Under the pieces are notes generated by a model, which saw only the letters and a program-made list of their open reading frames with translations, had not been told where the DNA came from and ran no database searches. DNA of 64,000 nt, taken from contig CAWHIJ010000003.1 of NCBI GenBank assembly GCA_963829525.1, positions 832,001 to 896,000 on the forward strand. Reading direction: 5' to 3'. The translations under genes and the position numbers were made by a program. The DNA is from an uncultured Actinomycetota bacterium. Its GTDB lineage: Bacteria > Actinomycetota > Actinomycetes > JAHEKZ01. Position 1 is the stretch's first letter. Each line of letters begins with the position of its first letter. Shown here piece after piece: positions 62,535-64,000 of this stretch.

Positions 62535-64000
62535 GCCCGGTCGATCCCCAGCAGACACTTCCTGCGCGCAGCCGTCGTCGTCGACTGCCGGCCGTTGCGG
62601 CCAGCTTCCTCGTTGCGGTTCTCGCCCTTGCCTACCTCGGCGCATTCACGTTTGTGGGTGGAGGCATCCCCCGAGGCACGATCTGTCGCCGGTGTGGAAA
62701 TCGGTGGAATGTCAGATGCCGATGCGGTCCGGACGCTGGAAACAGAGCTGGCCGACCGCGCCGCCACGGTGCGCATCGACCTCGATGGAATGGAGCGCGA
62801 ATACGCCGCCGAGAGGTTCGGGCTGGCCTTTGACGCAGCGGCCACGGTGGCAGCGGTCCCGCGCCGAGACGCGGCCCCACAGTCCCTCGTCAGCCAGCTC
62901 CGGGGTCAAGAGGTGGAACCCGTGGTGGAGGTCGACCAGCCTCGCCTCGGCCAGATGGTGCGCGCGATCGCACGCCGGGTGGACGATCCCGCGCGGCAGC
63001 CCCGTATCGAGTACGACGGGCTGTCGGTCGTAGTCATCGACCCCCGCTCCGGCAGCGAGCTCGATCGTCAGCAGGCGGAGGTGGACATCGCCGCTCGCTA
63101 CCTCGCTCAGCGATGACCCGATCGAGCTCTCCGTCGAACCGGTGATGCCCTATCGTCTCTGAAGAAGAGGTCGCAGTTGTTGCTGACACCGAAGCGCAGG
63201 AGGCGATCTCTGATGCGTTGACCCTGACCATCGGGGGTGAGGACATCTCGGTGACCCCTGAGCAGATCGCCTCCGTGCTCTCGTTCCGCGCCCGTGAGGA
63301 CGGTATGCAGGCCACCGTCGACGCCGAACTGCTCCGCGAGCTCATCGCCGGACCTTTGGCGGAGGTCGGTACCCCCGCTCAGGATGCGACGTTCGATGTC
63401 TCGTCCGGGACGCCGCGGGTCATTCCCGCCAAGTCCGGGCGTGGTGTCGACGACGAGACGTTGGCGGCGGGCGTGGTCGATGCTTTGGCGATCCGAGGAC
63501 CGATCGGCGACGTTCCAGCTCGAACGTGTCGAGCCTGATCTCACCACCGCCCAGGCAAAAGAGCTGGGGGTCACCGAGGTGGTGTCGACGTTCACCCAGG
63601 AGTTCCCGTATGCCGCTTACCGCGTCACGAACATCGGTGTTGCCTCCGAGAAGATCAACGGCACGGTGCTGCGGCCAGGCGAGACCTTCAGCCTCAACGG
63701 TGTCGTGGGCGAGCGGACGCCAGAGAATGGCTTCGTTAAGGGCTACGTCATTCTGGGCGGCAGGTTGGTCGAGGACTACGGAGGTGCAGTCTCGACCATC
63801 ACGACTGCCATGTGGCACACGGCGTTCTTCGCGGGCATGACCCGGATCGAGCAGCGGGCTCACAGCTACTGGATCGATCGGTACGTGGCGGGCTTGGAAG
63901 CCACGGTCTCGTGGGGGTCACTCGATCTGAAGTTCCGCAACGACACCCCCTACGGGGTCTACATCACATCGTCGGTCACAGACACCTCCGTGACGACGAC
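62531..64000 (+). CDS. VanW family protein with N-terminal TM and peptidoglycan-binding-like region; several frameshifts; runs off the window
   Basis: TM then IPRGT-VAGVEIGGM; later VVSTFTQ..RVTNI..INGTVLRPGETFSLN..GERT..NGF, HSYWIDRY..GLEATV and LDLKFRNDT. Confidence 0.82.

Noticed and set aside
5236-64000. Frameshifts in the FIST, USP, mshB, MCP4, cheA, REC-GAF, flavin reductase and VanW genes as pseudogenes or programmed frameshifts
   Set aside because: Scattered single-base indels, often at short homopolymers and in conserved genes with intact motifs, fit long-read error. Reads are needed to exclude phase variation at the cheA C-run.
62531-64000. VanW as evidence of vancomycin resistance
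   Set aside because: VanW-family proteins are widespread in actinobacteria, and no vanHAX or vanRS genes are present.

Overview
High-GC actinobacterial (Actinomycetes) chromosome segment, probably from a long-read or metagenomic assembly, since many genes carry single-base indels. Most of 1-49 kb is a familiar actinomycete core neighbourhood: metB, greA, mca, yyaL-like, isoprenyl transferase, PIN-PhoH, fumC and class I fumarase, glpX, xseBA, ispH, rmuC, ychF, an Sdh1-type succinate dehydrogenase operon, typA and mshB. Small accessory insertions sit between these genes. The main unusual locus is a chemosensory cluster at 51.5-62 kb: CheW, four polytopic-membrane MCPs, a CheA-receiver hybrid and a REC-GAF protein, with no cheR, cheB or flagellar genes. 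Three of the MCPs share an almost identical ~850-bp signalling-domain tract with mosaic end-points. That tract has an extreme G/T-only third-codon-position skew that flips to C/A at its 3' end. Sigma28/WhiG-like promoter motifs precede cheW, MCP4 and the REC-GAF gene, and more weakly a GGDEF-EAL gene 40 kb away. A second notable feature is a solo AbiEi/PD-(D/E)xK nuclease-like gene bracketed by two 40-bp palindromic elements, with a third orphan copy at 18.4 kb. No rRNA, tRNA, CRISPR array, integrase or transposase was recognised. All calls are by eye from motifs; no database search was run.
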